Source: Nitrosopumilaceae archaeon (GTDB lineage: Archaea > Thermoproteota > Nitrososphaeria > Nitrososphaerales > Nitrosopumilaceae). Taken from it: a DNA stretch of 64,000 bases. A program made the position numbers and the translations under genes. Positions 11,397 to 23,210 of this stretch are shown piece by piece; the first letter of the stretch is position 1; the number at the start of each line of letters is the position of its first letter. Below the pieces are notes generated by a model, which was not told the DNA's origin, searched no databases, and saw only the letters and a list, made by a program, of their open reading frames with translations. The stretch covers positions 1,408,001 through 1,472,000 of the forward strand of contig OZ242274.1 of the NCBI GenBank assembly GCA_965207375.1, written 5' to 3'.

Positions 11397-11845
11397 GACA
11401 TGCAGCATTATCTGAGATTCTATCTGCCATTGCAATTATCGGAGTCAGTGCAGTAATTGCCACACTCTTGTATGGTACCTTTGCAGAACAAGATGACGGG
11501 CGTGAAAATACCGCAATTACCATAGCAGAAATTGAAAATGCAAGAGCAACAGAGCTTTTGACAACAACTCATGTACGATGCGATGTTTCACTAGAGTTTT
11601 TCCTGCACAATTATGCCCGTGATGTCACAATACACAAACAAAATCTCAAAATGTTTAGTTCTGATATCAACGGTACGTTAACTCTAATACCACAACATGA
11701 CATTACGTGGATGAATTTTGACGGTGTTATAATTGATGCAATACAAGGGTCTACATCTGCTGATGTTACCATATCTCCATTTGATTGCAGGTATAATCTG
11801 ATACTGTTGACACCTGCAGGCGAGATTGTACAGGTCCGGACATGA
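11393..11845 (+). CDS. Archaeal type IV pilin
   Basis: Class III signal MRHAA/LSEILSAIAIIGVSAVIATLLY. Confidence 0.7.
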   Translation: MRHAALSEILSAIAIIGVSAVIATLLYGTFAEQDDGRENTAITIAEIENARATELLTTTHVRCDVSLEFFLHNYARDVTIHKQNLKMFSSDINGTLTLIPQHDITWMNFDGVIIDAIQGSTSADVTISPFDCRYNLILLTPAGEIVQVRT

Positions 11846-14148
11846 TGTATAGAGTATTGTTTGCCATTTTAATTGTAACAGCTATATTCTCACTGGTAGA
11901 AACAGCAGAAGCAGGTGACCGTCCGTGCAGACCATGGGTTACAGGTTCGTTACATTATGATGTGACAGATTCAGATGGAAATCCAAGAAACAACCCAAAT
12001 GAAACACTATACCCCGGCGATGTAGTACGATATGTATTTGATTATGGGTTCAGGGGTACCTGTTATGCCCAAAAGGTTCATCCAGTACAATCTTTTGGTG
12101 CGGTACAATCAATTGGTACTGCACCTACAGGTATAGTCCAAGCTCTAATTGTCCAAACAAATGATTGCCATGGTGGCGGCTCACGTGGGGCATATGGATA
12201 TGGTGGCGATGATTCATGGGTGCGTGGTGATATCCGTACAGATTGTGGCTCGCTTAAAATGAAGGTAACAGCAAAGGAGCGGCACTGCTATCGTACATCA
12301 GAGGGTACCAGATGTATCTACATACCACGCTCTGCAACTGACACAATATATCCTAAAACCACACCGCCCGTAGTTGAGATAAACCTGTACGAGCACGTAC
12401 TAAAAGACGTATACGGATATAATGCAACAAACAAGGACTGGACCAACTATCCCTGGGATCCTATAGCTATAGAACACATTGCAGACTTTGAATATGTAGA
12501 TGAACGCAGTGGTACCATACGGTTTGTTTATGAGCGAACATTTGAGCCACTAGTTGAGGAGGGCGGCTATGAATGTGACAAGCCATGTACAAAACAGTTG
12601 GAGGTAACAGATGGTACACCACTGTCTGCTACAGGTATAGGATTTGTACCATATGAAAAAGAGTCATCAAACGGCGGTGGAATGTATGCATATACTGCAC
12701 CAACACTAAACCATTCTGGAAATCATATGATACGATACGATGTTACAATACTAAATGAGGGTGCCATGATAAACACACATACAAATCAGACAGAGCAACT
12801 TGTGGTAGATTATAGTCCTGTATTTTCTCACTATGAATTTCCTGTACTTGCTGACTTGAAAAAATATGCCTATGATGACAGACAAGGAATGGTAATACTG
12901 TATAATGGCTCTATAGGTACAGGTCCAGATGATGAGTACAAGTTGCATCCGGACAGACGTTCACGAATAAACGCATTTTATGCAAATACGACCTTGTGGT
13001 CAGAATATGTAGGGATTTCACCGGTTGGCATAGATCCTGTCTTGTTGCAATGGGATTCTATCCATCATGTCAACGGAACTGACCCTGACGGCTGGCTCAG
13101 TACGGGCAAGGGTCATGCAATGTTTATACATGACAGTTATGGTGTGCTGTATCTTGACCAGAAAATTGCAGATATTGTAAAACGCCAAGAAAATATAGAC
13201 CTGTGGAGATACAATGTCACAACATACAACGAGATAGCTTCAGACAGGTGGGCAGGTCACGAATCGTATCGCAATTGGAACTATACCTATCAGTATCCCC
13301 ATACACCGTTTGCAACCTGGTATCATGTGACAACGTATCTTGCAGACGGGACACCTGCTGATTCCACACGCCTTGCACTTTATTCAAAAGTTTTTGAACC
13401 AGTACACAGTATACCTGAAACTCTTGAAAATGATTCAAAGGTAATTCTGTACGTGGATGATTACATGTATCACAAAACGATACATGATACTGGAGACCCA
13501 CACTTTGCAACAGCAGTAAGAGATGCAGTATATTTGATACACAACACAGATTATGGTACAGGCAGTATCTCACTATGGTTTGTAAAACCTGCTATAGAAT
13601 TTCAATACGGATATCTTCCATATGACATACTTGATTTGTCCAGATATTTAGCACTTGATTTGGACACACAGGTCGAAACTATAGTTACTGCTGATGATAT
13701 AGATGTAAATCGAATCTTCAAACTTGATTTAGAGTATGACTATACAGAAACTTTTATGATCCAAAATGATGTCGTCATACCCGAGGTGGTACGCCGAAAT
13801 AACAGTCTTGGTGCCACAAATATTGTAGATATTTCAGTACCCAGACACTTTGGTGACATATATCGGATATATGTAGGTGATGTGCCAGTGGATATAACCT
13901 CTGAATGTATCAATACATGTAGTATAGTCACCTCCCTTTCTGGAAATGTTACTGTTCAAAATATCTGGGGTGTAAATTCATCTGATAATGTCATATTAAA
14001 TGAAACAGCACAAATTATACCACCAGATGTAGAACAGACCTACAGGGCAGTAAAAGATTACATCATAATGTCAGCAATTGCAGGCCTTGTAATGTATATT
14101 GTGTACAAGGCCCTCAAATTTGCATATGCTAGATCAATGGAGACGTAA
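11842..14148 (+). CDS. Secreted, C-terminally anchored protein of the pilus operon
   Basis: Sec signal (…ETAEA), Cys pairs, C-terminal TM (YIIMSAIAGLVMYIVY). Confidence 0.7.
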   Translation: MMYRVLFAILIVTAIFSLVETAEAGDRPCRPWVTGSLHYDVTDSDGNPRNNPNETLYPGDVVRYVFDYGFRGTCYAQKVHPVQSFGAVQSIGTAPTGIVQALIVQTNDCHGGGSRGAYGYGGDDSWVRGDIRTDCGSLKMKVTAKERHCYRTSEGTRCIYIPRSATDTIYPKTTPPVVEINLYEHVLKDVYGYNATNKDWTNYPWDPIAIEHIADFEYVDERSGTIRFVYERTFEPLVEEGGYECDKPCTKQLEVTDGTPLSATGIGFVPYEKESSNGGGMYAYTAPTLNHSGNHMIRYDVTILNEGAMINTHTNQTEQLVVDYSPVFSHYEFPVLADLKKYAYDDRQGMVILYNGSIGTGPDDEYKLHPDRRSRINAFYANTTLWSEYVGISPVGIDPVLLQWDSIHHVNGTDPDGWLSTGKGHAMFIHDSYGVLYLDQKIADIVKRQENIDLWRYNVTTYNEIASDRWAGHESYRNWNYTYQYPHTPFATWYHVTTYLADGTPADSTRLALYSKVFEPVHSIPETLENDSKVILYVDDYMYHKTIHDTGDPHFATAVRDAVYLIHNTDYGTGSISLWFVKPAIEFQYGYLPYDILDLSRYLALDLDTQVETIVTADDIDVNRIFKLDLEYDYTETFMIQNDVVIPEVVRRNNSLGATNIVDISVPRHFGDIYRIYVGDVPVDITSECINTCSIVTSLSGNVTVQNIWGVNSSDNVILNETAQIIPPDVEQTYRAVKDYIIMSAIAGLVMYIVYKALKFAYARSMET

Positions 14149-14546
14149 AACTGTCCATTTGATTTTAATCAAAACTGACCAACCTACTAGAGTTATCTTT
14201 GTTTAGTGAATTGGTACTTGTTCACCTATTTTTGAGCATTTCTGGCCCTAAATGTATCGGACCAACTCTGCCAGATAATCCTGTCCTGTATTCTTCCAGG
14301 TGGTAACACACGTATGCAGATTGCCTCTACGCTTCATACTCTTCAGATCTGAGACATCCATGTATTCTCCGGCACACAACATACTCACGCAGACTCTGCT
14401 CTGCAAGATTGCTTGTAGATGATATACAAGTATCTAGGACAAACCGGAACATGTCAGGTATGGCTCGTGACAGTTTTGCTACAAATTTACCCACAATTTC
14501 ATCATTGGCATACCTTTTGACAAGGTTATGTATTTTTTCCAATTGT

Positions 14547-16022
14547 TAGTTAGTGTTATAACCCCTCTCTATTTCCACATGAGGGACATAGTACACCAAT
14601 GTTCAAGTCGTATGTTTATGCTATTGCCCTCCTTTGTACCTGTAACATCTTGTTGTAGATGTGTACCTTGAGATTAATCTCTTGTATGATGTTTTCCCAC
14701 GTTACAACAGATACCGAATCACCAAACAGTCGCTTAATTGATGATATTGCTATCTCAACTATCCATCTTTTGCCATATTGCACCCTTTTTTTCCAGACCT
14801 TCCTGTTTGCCTCGCGTTCTTCTTTTGTCAGATGTGCAAATTTTTTAGGATCTGATACACCACCACCTAGTTGATCAATGGCTGCAAGAGTACGATCCCT
14901 ACTGACACCATCTGAACGCGTATTTGCATTGTGTTTTATTCTGATGCATGGTTTGATTTTTAGCTTTTTACATAATGCAAATATTTTACGCGAGTCAAAC
15001 CCACCGTCTGCCCGCACGACTATTTTTAATTCATCCAATAATTCATTATTCAGAGATTGATATTCTTGCATGTCGTCTTCATCTTTCTGTGAATCTGCAA
15101 TTGGATGTTCTGGGTCATCTGCTTTTTGACATGCTGATTGATCCTCATTTGATTTCTCTGCTTGGTTAATTCTGTCTGCAACATCTATACCGCAGTTTTC
15201 TAGTGCAGTACACGTAAGTTCCTCAAACTGTGGGGCCTCACCTATCCTTTCATCTGTTACGCTAAAGGAGAGTATCTCACGCGTGTCAGTATCTACAACA
15301 ATGACAAACCTGATGAATCCGTGCTGTACTTTGTGCCTGTACCTGATGTATTCGCTTCTCTTACTGGGACTGAGACCAGTACCATCAGGTGCAAGATGAA
15401 GTGCACTCTTTTTGCCTTGTGCCGTAATGAGGCCATCTTTGATTGACACCTTGACGGTTTTCATTCTTTTTTGGATCTGACTAAAGCTTGGAACATACTC
15501 TTGGCCTAGTGCCTCTGTTGCAAAGCCTTCTAGTATGCGATAGGATAATCCACAAAATGCCCTCATTGTTGCAAGAGCTAGTATTGTAGATTCTGCGTAT
15601 CTGTAAGGGTGACCGTTTTTCTTTTTGTTGGCTCTTTTGAGTTCATCGTCATGATCTGGATTTTTTTTGGGATATATCATGCGTCCAACTGCTAGATATC
15701 TTGCATCGTTTTGTGCATTGGTCATCTTTAGACGTGATTTTTGCTTTGGTTTACTCGAAACTTTTTGCTCTGTCAATACTGTGACCTCCTGTAAATCATG
15801 TATCATGCGTTGCCGAAGATTTTATACCTCCTTGGTTTGTATTGTATCAGGATTGTTTGCTCATCTCTTATGTGCAATCTGAGATGAGTAGGCAATCCTA
15901 CTATTTGGATCTGAAAGGTCAAACTTTGTCTATTGTGTGATCAAATTGATTTCTCCCAGACCGAATCTGGCCTGAAAATTGCAAATTTTGAAAAATTCTA
16001 GGCAGGGTTATAACACAAACTA
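14547..16022 (-). mobile_element. IS5-family insertion sequence
   Basis: 18-bp TIR TAGTT(A/T)GTGTTATAACCC; 8-bp TSD CCAATTGT (14539-14546, 16023-16030). Confidence 0.9.
14616..15806 (-). CDS. IS5-family DDE transposase
   Basis: APDGTG, RADGGFD, YGKRWIVEIAISSIKR. Confidence 0.9.
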   Translation of the reverse strand: MIHDLQEVTVLTEQKVSSKPKQKSRLKMTNAQNDARYLAVGRMIYPKKNPDHDDELKRANKKKNGHPYRYAESTILALATMRAFCGLSYRILEGFATEALGQEYVPSFSQIQKRMKTVKVSIKDGLITAQGKKSALHLAPDGTGLSPSKRSEYIRYRHKVQHGFIRFVIVVDTDTREILSFSVTDERIGEAPQFEELTCTALENCGIDVADRINQAEKSNEDQSACQKADDPEHPIADSQKDEDDMQEYQSLNNELLDELKIVVRADGGFDSRKIFALCKKLKIKPCIRIKHNANTRSDGVSRDRTLAAIDQLGGGVSDPKKFAHLTKEEREANRKVWKKRVQYGKRWIVEIAISSIKRLFGDSVSVVTWENIIQEINLKVHIYNKMLQVQRRAIA

Positions 16023-16281
16023 CCAATTGTACAGCATATGATTCTATATACTCAGGCGGTTTGTCTAGTACATGCTTCATGACTCACTTGATACCTCCAA
16101 ATTAGAGACTCCTGCACAGGCATTTGCAAGAAAGATGCCTCCTGAAGACATAGTCGAGGAGGTCACAAAATGACTACCCATTACTGGAGTGGAAATGGTA
16201 CTAGAAATCCAATGACATGTAGAGGTGTGAAATCCTAATGAAATTCAAATTAATCGATTATGGGAGTCTAACGGGGGTGAA

Positions 16282-16731
16282 CTACTTTTGGGATCCTACA
16301 CTTTCTGGATTTGTATCATCAAACCTGAGAATCTTTTTCCCTCCATACATGTTGACATATTCTGAATTAATTATTGTAGCCTTGGCATGTCCTATGTGTG
16401 GATAGCCATTTGGTTCCGGAGGAAATCGTGTGACGATATTTCCATTTATTGCATCCTCTAACTGAGGCAACGGAGTCTTCTGCTTGGGTTTTTCTTTTTC
16501 AACCATATTTGGAAAATCCCTTTGTAATTGCTCTTTTTGTTGTGACATTGTTAAATTATTTACTTCCTCAACTATTGGCGCAATTTGAATTGAAATTTCT
16601 TTAACCCTTGTTCTCAATTCTGGCAATGTGCCTAGGATCTTTGCCAAGATTACCTTGTCTTTGGTCTTACCATCATGCTCTGAGGCATTCTGTAAGGCAA
16701 ACCTTTGTATTTCCTTTTTTATCTCGTCCAA
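16282..16731 (-). pseudogene. gltX: N-terminal fragment of glutamyl-tRNA synthetase
   Basis: [35 protein letters not shown]; truncated at the IS66-like end. Confidence 0.9.
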
Positions 16732-17007
16732 TTTATCTGCAAATCATGTCTATGACGGCTTTTTTATACTAACTACCACGAGTTTGTCAATCAAACAGAT
16801 GAGTAATGTAAATGTAATTCTAGAATCCCGATGATTTTAGGCACAAATTCAAAACATAATCAAAAAATGTTAATGTCACATCTAAACTCTATTTTTTATT
16901 TCGTCATTATCTGAACTATTTAATTTCATGAAAAATATGTTGACACCTGTAAAACAGAATAGAATCTAGGTACGATATCATAGGTTACAAAGAGATGATA
17001 CAAGTGC

Positions 17008-19023
17008 TTAATTTGCAGCCTCTAATTTCTTCAAGGTGTCAGCAATTTGTGCCCAGAGTGAACTAGAATATTTTTGGGTATTGTTTTGAGCCTCTGCTGC
17101 AGTCATTGGATTGTCATGTTCTGTAATGTTAAATGCTGCAAGTGTTCTATTCCATAAATCAGCTTGTTCTTTTACAGCTTCAATCAAAGTTGCATTTATC
17201 GTGTATGTTGGTTCAGGTACTGGTTCTACTATAGGTGTTGGTTCTATTGGTTCAACCTGTGGTGAATCTTGAGCAACGGCTGATGTGTGGTTAATTTGTG
17301 GTATGTGTATTTCCTGTGGTTCTTGCTGTGGTGTATTTTGTGTTGCATTTTGTTGCTGTTGTTGTTGTTGTTGTTGTTGTTGTTGCTGTTGTTGTTGTTG
17401 TTGTTGCTGTTGTTGTTCAATTACAGCCTCACGCTCTTGTAAGATATTTGCAATTTTTACCCATAATGGACTAGAGTATTTCTTTGTATTTGCCTGAGCC
17501 TCTGCTGCAGTAAGTGGATTATCATGTTGTATCACTCCAAAGGCTGCAAGTGCTCTATTCCATCTGTCAACGTGATCATGACCGTGATGTGTCATAGATG
17601 CAAGGTACTTTATATCCTCAATTAGTTCTGGGTCAGCTGTAGGTATTGGTATAGATTCTGGTACAATTATCGGTGTATCTTGAGCAATATTTGATGTATG
17701 ATTAATTTGTGGTACGTGTATTTCCTGTGGTTGCTGTGGTGAATCTTGAGGTTGCTGTGAGGCAGCATCCCTTGCAGCCTCTAATTTCTTTAATTCTTCA
17801 TATACCAAATTCCAAAATGGCACGTTACTGTATTTTTCTACATTGGCTAGAGCCTCTGCTGCAGTCATAGGATTATCATGTTGTATCACTCCAAATGCTG
17901 CCAAAACTCTATTCCATAAATCAACGTGATCTGCACCAAGCTGCGTTTGTGCTGCCATTATCTTTGCACCGTCTATTACTGATGGATCAATTTCATCATA
18001 CGGATTTTCTGGTATTGGAACGCCAGATTTGATGCCACTGGTGCCACCGTCATCATCAATTACTACCACGTCAACTCTGGTCGGCCCGACTATACTGTAG
18101 GAGGAATGAGGATTTATCGTACATGTAACAACACTGGGCGGTTCCTGTACAGAATCCCCCACCGTTCTAACTACTTCAAAATTGCCATTGACTGTTTGGG
18201 ATCCTAGAGAATCACCATCTAGCATGTTTCCAGTTTCGCTAATGGTGAAAAATACTAGGGGTGAGCCGCCGCTTCTATCCCAATGGCATTCAAAGGTTTG
18301 CCCCTCCGTTATCGTGCCGCCGGGTGCAGTGGTTCTCAAGTTACTTATTGTAGGTAGTACAGAGGTAGTAGCACCAAACGAAGCCTCCCAATAATGTTGG
18401 CTGCTTTGTATTATATCTGATGGAGTGTTTGAATTTATCCAGTCATGAAGGTATGGGTTATCTGCAGTGCGTTGTGTTATTGGTGAAACATGGAAAAGTA
18501 GTGATTCACCATTTACTCTATTTGATCCTGTGTTTGTGCTCCATGAGGCAGTACCTGATGTGTCTCCTGCATTGATGGTTATCTTTTTGAAGAGCCAAGG
18601 ATTGTCGCCTCTAAATGTTTCAGTGTCGCTGCTAGTGCCGCCTACTGTGGCCATATTGGAATTATCACATCTATTTGCTGTACCGTGTGGCTTGGAACTG
18701 TGAGATAATTGACAGTTATCAATTTGGGCCCAAAATTCTATTGTTCCTCTTGCTGCCTGATCTAGCGTTACAGTTACTGTGAAGGGGTGACCGTGACCTG
18801 CATTGCTGAATGTGACTTGAGCCTTGTTTGTCCCACCATCATTTCTATAAAATTGAGGGGACATTGACTCGGATGAATCCTCTTGGTGACAGAATTGGTT
18901 AGTCAGTGATTGGGTTCTAATGTCCCAACATAACTCATGCTCGGAGAATGCCTCTGGTGTTTGAACACCAAACAATAATGATATAGAAACTGCCGTAATA
19001 ACTGCAAAGTATAAGGTTTTCAC
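17008..19023 (-). CDS. Secreted protein with three repeated C-terminal helical domains and a Q22 tract
   Basis: Signal peptide; repeat HVDRWNRALAAFGVIQHDNPxTAAEA..N..KYSSPLW; polyQ at 17350-17415. Confidence 0.8.
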   Translation of the reverse strand: MKTLYFAVITAVSISLLFGVQTPEAFSEHELCWDIRTQSLTNQFCHQEDSSESMSPQFYRNDGGTNKAQVTFSNAGHGHPFTVTVTLDQAARGTIEFWAQIDNCQLSHSSKPHGTANRCDNSNMATVGGTSSDTETFRGDNPWLFKKITINAGDTSGTASWSTNTGSNRVNGESLLFHVSPITQRTADNPYLHDWINSNTPSDIIQSSQHYWEASFGATTSVLPTISNLRTTAPGGTITEGQTFECHWDRSGGSPLVFFTISETGNMLDGDSLGSQTVNGNFEVVRTVGDSVQEPPSVVTCTINPHSSYSIVGPTRVDVVVIDDDGGTSGIKSGVPIPENPYDEIDPSVIDGAKIMAAQTQLGADHVDLWNRVLAAFGVIQHDNPMTAAEALANVEKYSNVPFWNLVYEELKKLEAARDAASQQPQDSPQQPQEIHVPQINHTSNIAQDTPIIVPESIPIPTADPELIEDIKYLASMTHHGHDHVDRWNRALAAFGVIQHDNPLTAAEAQANTKKYSSPLWVKIANILQEREAVIEQQQQQQQQQQQQQQQQQQQQQQNATQNTPQQEPQEIHIPQINHTSAVAQDSPQVEPIEPTPIVEPVPEPTYTINATLIEAVKEQADLWNRTLAAFNITEHDNPMTAAEAQNNTQKYSSSLWAQIADTLKKLEAAN

Positions 19024-19300
19024 GAAATTACGGGGGGGGGGGGTTCTAAAAATGTTGCGATTTAGATGATGGTTTATCTACTGATTTTAGTTGATCATTT
19101 ACAAACTAAAGTTACTTCAGAATCGATCTACGAAAATAATGATAAATTTTTACACACAAGTACAGTTTAAAATCACTTATTGTGATAATATTATAACCAT
19201 ATTTAGAAATATGATCGATTACTAGTCAATTTATGATTATTTATATGTCAATAAAAACATTCTTTACAAGATTAAATGTCTTAATTCCTCATGATTATAA

Positions 19301-19855
19301 ATGACAATAGATGTATTTGATGCAATTGCATTAACTATTCATGCAAATGATAATGAGATTATTAGTAAAACCACAGTACAAAAATTAATTTATTTTCACA
19401 CTACTTTGATCAAGAATTTAGACATTTCCGATTATACCCATCATTACTATGGCCCATTTAGTAGAGACGTATCTATAGCATTAGAAGACATGTCTGAATT
19501 TTCATATATAGATCAAAACATTATTTCAGGATATTATGAAACTTATAGATATAGATTAACCAATAGTGGAATCAACTATGCACAAACTACTGCAAATAAA
19601 TATCCTGATGAATTCAAAGAAATTTTGAAGACAATTCAAATATGTAACAAATATTGTAAATTGAAACCTGTACCATTATCATATGCCGCAAAATCTCATT
19701 ATATTTTAGTAAATTCTAAAGATAAACTTGAAAAAACACATTATGCAGAAGATGTAAAAACAATCGCTAAAGATTTTGATTGGAATATTTCTACAAAAGA
19801 TGCAGAAACTGGACTTGAATTACTTCAAAAGCTAAATCTTGTCTCTTCCACATAA
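19301..19855 (+). CDS. YwgA/SocA(Panacea)-like winged-helix protein
   Basis: KTTVQKLIYF, HYYGPFSRDV, YRLTNSG; overlaps HD gene as in the Bacillus ywfO-ywgA pair. Confidence 0.7.
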   Translation: MTIDVFDAIALTIHANDNEIISKTTVQKLIYFHTTLIKNLDISDYTHHYYGPFSRDVSIALEDMSEFSYIDQNIISGYYETYRYRLTNSGINYAQTTANKYPDEFKEILKTIQICNKYCKLKPVPLSYAAKSHYILVNSKDKLEKTHYAEDVKTIAKDFDWNISTKDAETGLELLQKLNLVSST

Positions 19856-20550
19856 TTATTTTCGTTCTAAAGCAATTCGAGATCCTCTCTATGGATTTAT
19901 TGATCTTTCTGAATTAGAAATTAAAGTAATTGACACAGAAATTTTTAGAAGATTGCAATTCATAAAACAACTTTCTCATACTTATGTTGTATACCCATCT
20001 TCATTTCATACCCGATTTGAACATTCCTTAGGAACTTTACATGTGTCCAATATTATGGCAAATGAATTAAATTTTACAGATCAAAAAGATATTGAAAGAA
20101 TAAGACTATCATGTTTACTTCACGATATTGGCCATGGTCCATTTTCTCATTTGTTTGAATCCATAATGGAAAAAATTAATCCCACAATTACCGAACCACA
20201 TGAAAAAATTTCAAAAATTATTATAAAAGAAAATTCAGAATTAGATTCAGTTTTAGGCTCAAAAACAAATGAAATTATAGAATTACTAGAGAAAAAGATC
20301 GATTCCCATAAAGAACCTAAAAAATCTCTTCAAGCAGATATTGTTTCAAGTGGAATTGATGCAGACAAATTAGATTATCTCAGACGAGATTCTTACCATA
20401 TTGGTGTGACATATGGACAATTTGATTTTGATAGAATTCTTCACACTCTTACTACTACTCCAAAAAATTCTCAAATTTGTATTAGTAAGAAAGGAAAAGA
20501 TGCTCTTGAAAATTACAGATTAGCACGTTATTTAATGTACGCACAAGTTT

Positions 20551-21826
20551 CAGTACTTCCGATTATAGATCACAGGTCACTATTTAGACAATATTTTTTG
20601 ACATACAGATCCAAATAACGGAATAATCCTACCCATCTTAACCTTGAGAGAAAAAGATGGGCAAGATATCCCAATAAAATCAGGAACACGAGGGTTTAAA
20701 GTATTTCAATCTGCACTAGGCAGGCTGCCCATTTCGTTTGGAACAGGAAACAACACGAGGTATGGACTCTCAAACGCAGTCAACATGCTACAGGTCATGT
20801 CAGTATACGGCGTGGCTGCCAACAGTGCACACCAATACGCTCCTTCAGGAATAGATATTCCAGGCGGAGACTGGCTTGTACAAAAGATAACCCCAATCGA
20901 TCATGACGACATGATAAAACATGGAGAAAAGATGATACACGATACTGTTGATGTACGCCAAATGAAGCTGGACCGCAGAAACGGCAACAACCAGACGCGC
21001 GTTGCAGCAATAGACAAACACAAGATCCCACACTATGACAAAGACCCTGACATGACAGATATGGTATACTCAAAGCATCATGCAGGAACATACGTCTTTG
21101 AAGCATACATGACTGCCAAGATGGTCTCAGGTGCAAAAGAATTTCATCTTGCAATGGTTCCAGTAACTCGGAACAAGTTTAACCCTGAATTCGTGCGTAA
21201 AACCATACAAAAATGCGATGATTTAGGTGCTGATGTGAACATATACTTGTTGGACCGTGAGTTTTATGCATCTGATGTTATGGATACAATACAGAATCTC
21301 AAAAAACATTTCATAATGCCTGCAGTAAAGAATGCGGGAATCAAAAAGGCAATATTTCAATATGCCCAAGGAAAGCGCGATGCAATATCACAGTATACCT
21401 TTGATAATGGATTTGAATTTAATTTGATCATAGTACCAAATCCCAAAAAACCTGATGCAAAAAATATCTTTGAGAGATATCATGTGTTTGCAACATCATT
21501 GCCGTGTACAGATTCTGATGACATGTTGAAATACATTCCTAAAGCATACAAAACGAGGTGGGGGATTGAGACTGGATATAAACAGGCAAAATCTATACGT
21601 CCATACACCACAAGCAAGAATTCCTCAATGCGGATGTTGATGTTTGTTGTATCTGTAATCCTATCTAACATATGGATAGATTCGCGGATAGAGGTTGCCC
21701 ATCAGACATACAATATTACACTTGTAGCCTTTGTAATGCAGATGGCTCATGCATATTTTGAGTGTCACTCAACTTGGCCGCCCCCCAATAAATCGGCATA
21801 GTCTGGATTTAAAATCGGAAGTACTG
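20551..21826 (+). mobile_element. ISH3-like insertion sequence
   Basis: TIR CAGTACTTCCGATT; TSD AAGTTT (20545-20550, 21827-21832). Confidence 0.9.
20644..21801 (+). CDS. ISH3-family DDE transposase
   Basis: AAIDKH, LLDREFY, YKTRWGIETGY. Confidence 0.9.
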   Translation: MREKDGQDIPIKSGTRGFKVFQSALGRLPISFGTGNNTRYGLSNAVNMLQVMSVYGVAANSAHQYAPSGIDIPGGDWLVQKITPIDHDDMIKHGEKMIHDTVDVRQMKLDRRNGNNQTRVAAIDKHKIPHYDKDPDMTDMVYSKHHAGTYVFEAYMTAKMVSGAKEFHLAMVPVTRNKFNPEFVRKTIQKCDDLGADVNIYLLDREFYASDVMDTIQNLKKHFIMPAVKNAGIKKAIFQYAQGKRDAISQYTFDNGFEFNLIIVPNPKKPDAKNIFERYHVFATSLPCTDSDDMLKYIPKAYKTRWGIETGYKQAKSIRPYTTSKNSSMRMLMFVVSVILSNIWIDSRIEVAHQTYNITLVAFVMQMAHAYFECHSTWPPPNKSA

Positions 21827-22484
21827 AAGTTTATACTCATCATGCTAGATTGGCAGCAGATCAAATGTTTCTTAAAGCATTAACAATTGCAATTTATGAC
21901 GAAAAAATCTTTGACAAAGATTTGTTAAGATTTAATCCAGAAAAAAATAATCCTGAATTTCTAGAATTTTATACATCTCTTGATGACTATTCAATATACA
22001 ACAAAATCATACATCACGAAAATGCAAAAACATCAAAATTAATCCTAAATAATATCAAAAAAAGAAAACTATTGAAACGTGCTTGTGAATTTACTCCTAA
22101 AAATCTAGAAAATGCCGCAGATGTTAATAACATATTAATGAAAATGAAACCACAAGATTTTGACAATGCTGCACTTGAGAGTAGCAATTCTCTTGGTTTA
22201 GAATCTCATGAAGTGCTTTTCTTTAAATCTACTATAAAGAATAAACTATACAAAGAAAGAGAAATTCTTTTTAGAGTTGATGATGACGTTTATGATCTTG
22301 ATGCATTCTCTCCAATATCTGGAACAGATGTGGATAAATTTCTGATCTATGGTCCTAGAGATAAAGAAATTAGGAAAAAAATAGTCAAACAAATATCTGA
22401 AAGATTTGGCATTGACCTTTTAAAAAGAGTCCAAATTCAATAATTATTCTTATGATGAAAAACAATATTTGTTCATACAGTTAT

Positions 22485-23210
22485 TGGTGAGGACCCAGTC
22501 AGAATAGGAACACTTGTTTTCATACATCTTAAGTCAGATAACTGGAGAAATACACTATGAACAGTAGATGGAAATTCACCCCTAACCTGCGCCACCTGCA
22601 TCGTACGGCATTCTGACAATTCTGATATATTGTACAGCACACACCATAACTGCACCGATCATCTGTCTCATTGTAATGTTTGAATGTGTGACCTCATCAT
22701 GTCTAGTCCATGCCCACATGTTGCGCATGAAAACGCAAATAAAAAACAGAAAAATCCGAAACAGATGATTGCGACTAGTTCTAGGTCTGAATTGTTCTAG
22801 ATGTCTGTAACCTGTCTCTATTCCCCACCTACGACGATACGCCTTTGGCAGTATCTCAATTTCTTTGATGGCACGAACATGTGATAAATTGGTGGCAAAG
22901 ACTATTCAATTATTTTAGCATCAGGATCATTATACTTTTTGGATTTTCTGATAACTAGTGTAAAGGTGAATTCTTGTCCATCTTTATTTTTCATAGTATG
23001 AGACGATACTGCATCTGCTTTTCCTTCGTGGAATTTTATAATGCTATTTTTGATTATGGCGTTTTTTACTGCTGGCATAAGAAACGTATGAAGATTTTCG
23101 TACAGTGATTCCATGACCTCTACTGAGAAAAATTCTCTATCTAGCAGCAAAAGGCGTGGATGAATCTTGTATTTTTGTAGACTTTTGGCAAATCTACGCA
23201 CGGAATTCGA
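22485..23210 (-). pseudogene. ISH3-family transposase remnant
   Basis: LLLDREFFS and downstream YRRRWGIETGY separated by a stop; 32-bp segment at 22485 recurs near 30181. Confidence 0.8.

Larger units (their letters stand above)
14214..16285 (-). pseudogene. Decayed IS66-like transposase, interrupted by an IS5-family element
   Basis: STSNLAEQSLREYVVCRRIHGCLRSE matches IS66 TnpC motif TNN.AER.LR..V..RK..G..RS; end GTACTTGTTCAC at 14214. Confidence 0.7.
19839..22443 (+). pseudogene. HD-domain dNTP triphosphohydrolase-like (YwfO/SAMHD1-like) gene split by IS
   Basis: RDPLYG, HTRFEHSLG, LLHDIGHGPFSH, DADKLDYLRRD; removing the IS restores MYAQVYTHHARLAADQM. Confidence 0.9.

Noticed and set aside
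17285-17497. Poly-Cys ORF on the plus strand
   Set aside because: Antisense shadow of the polyQ tract
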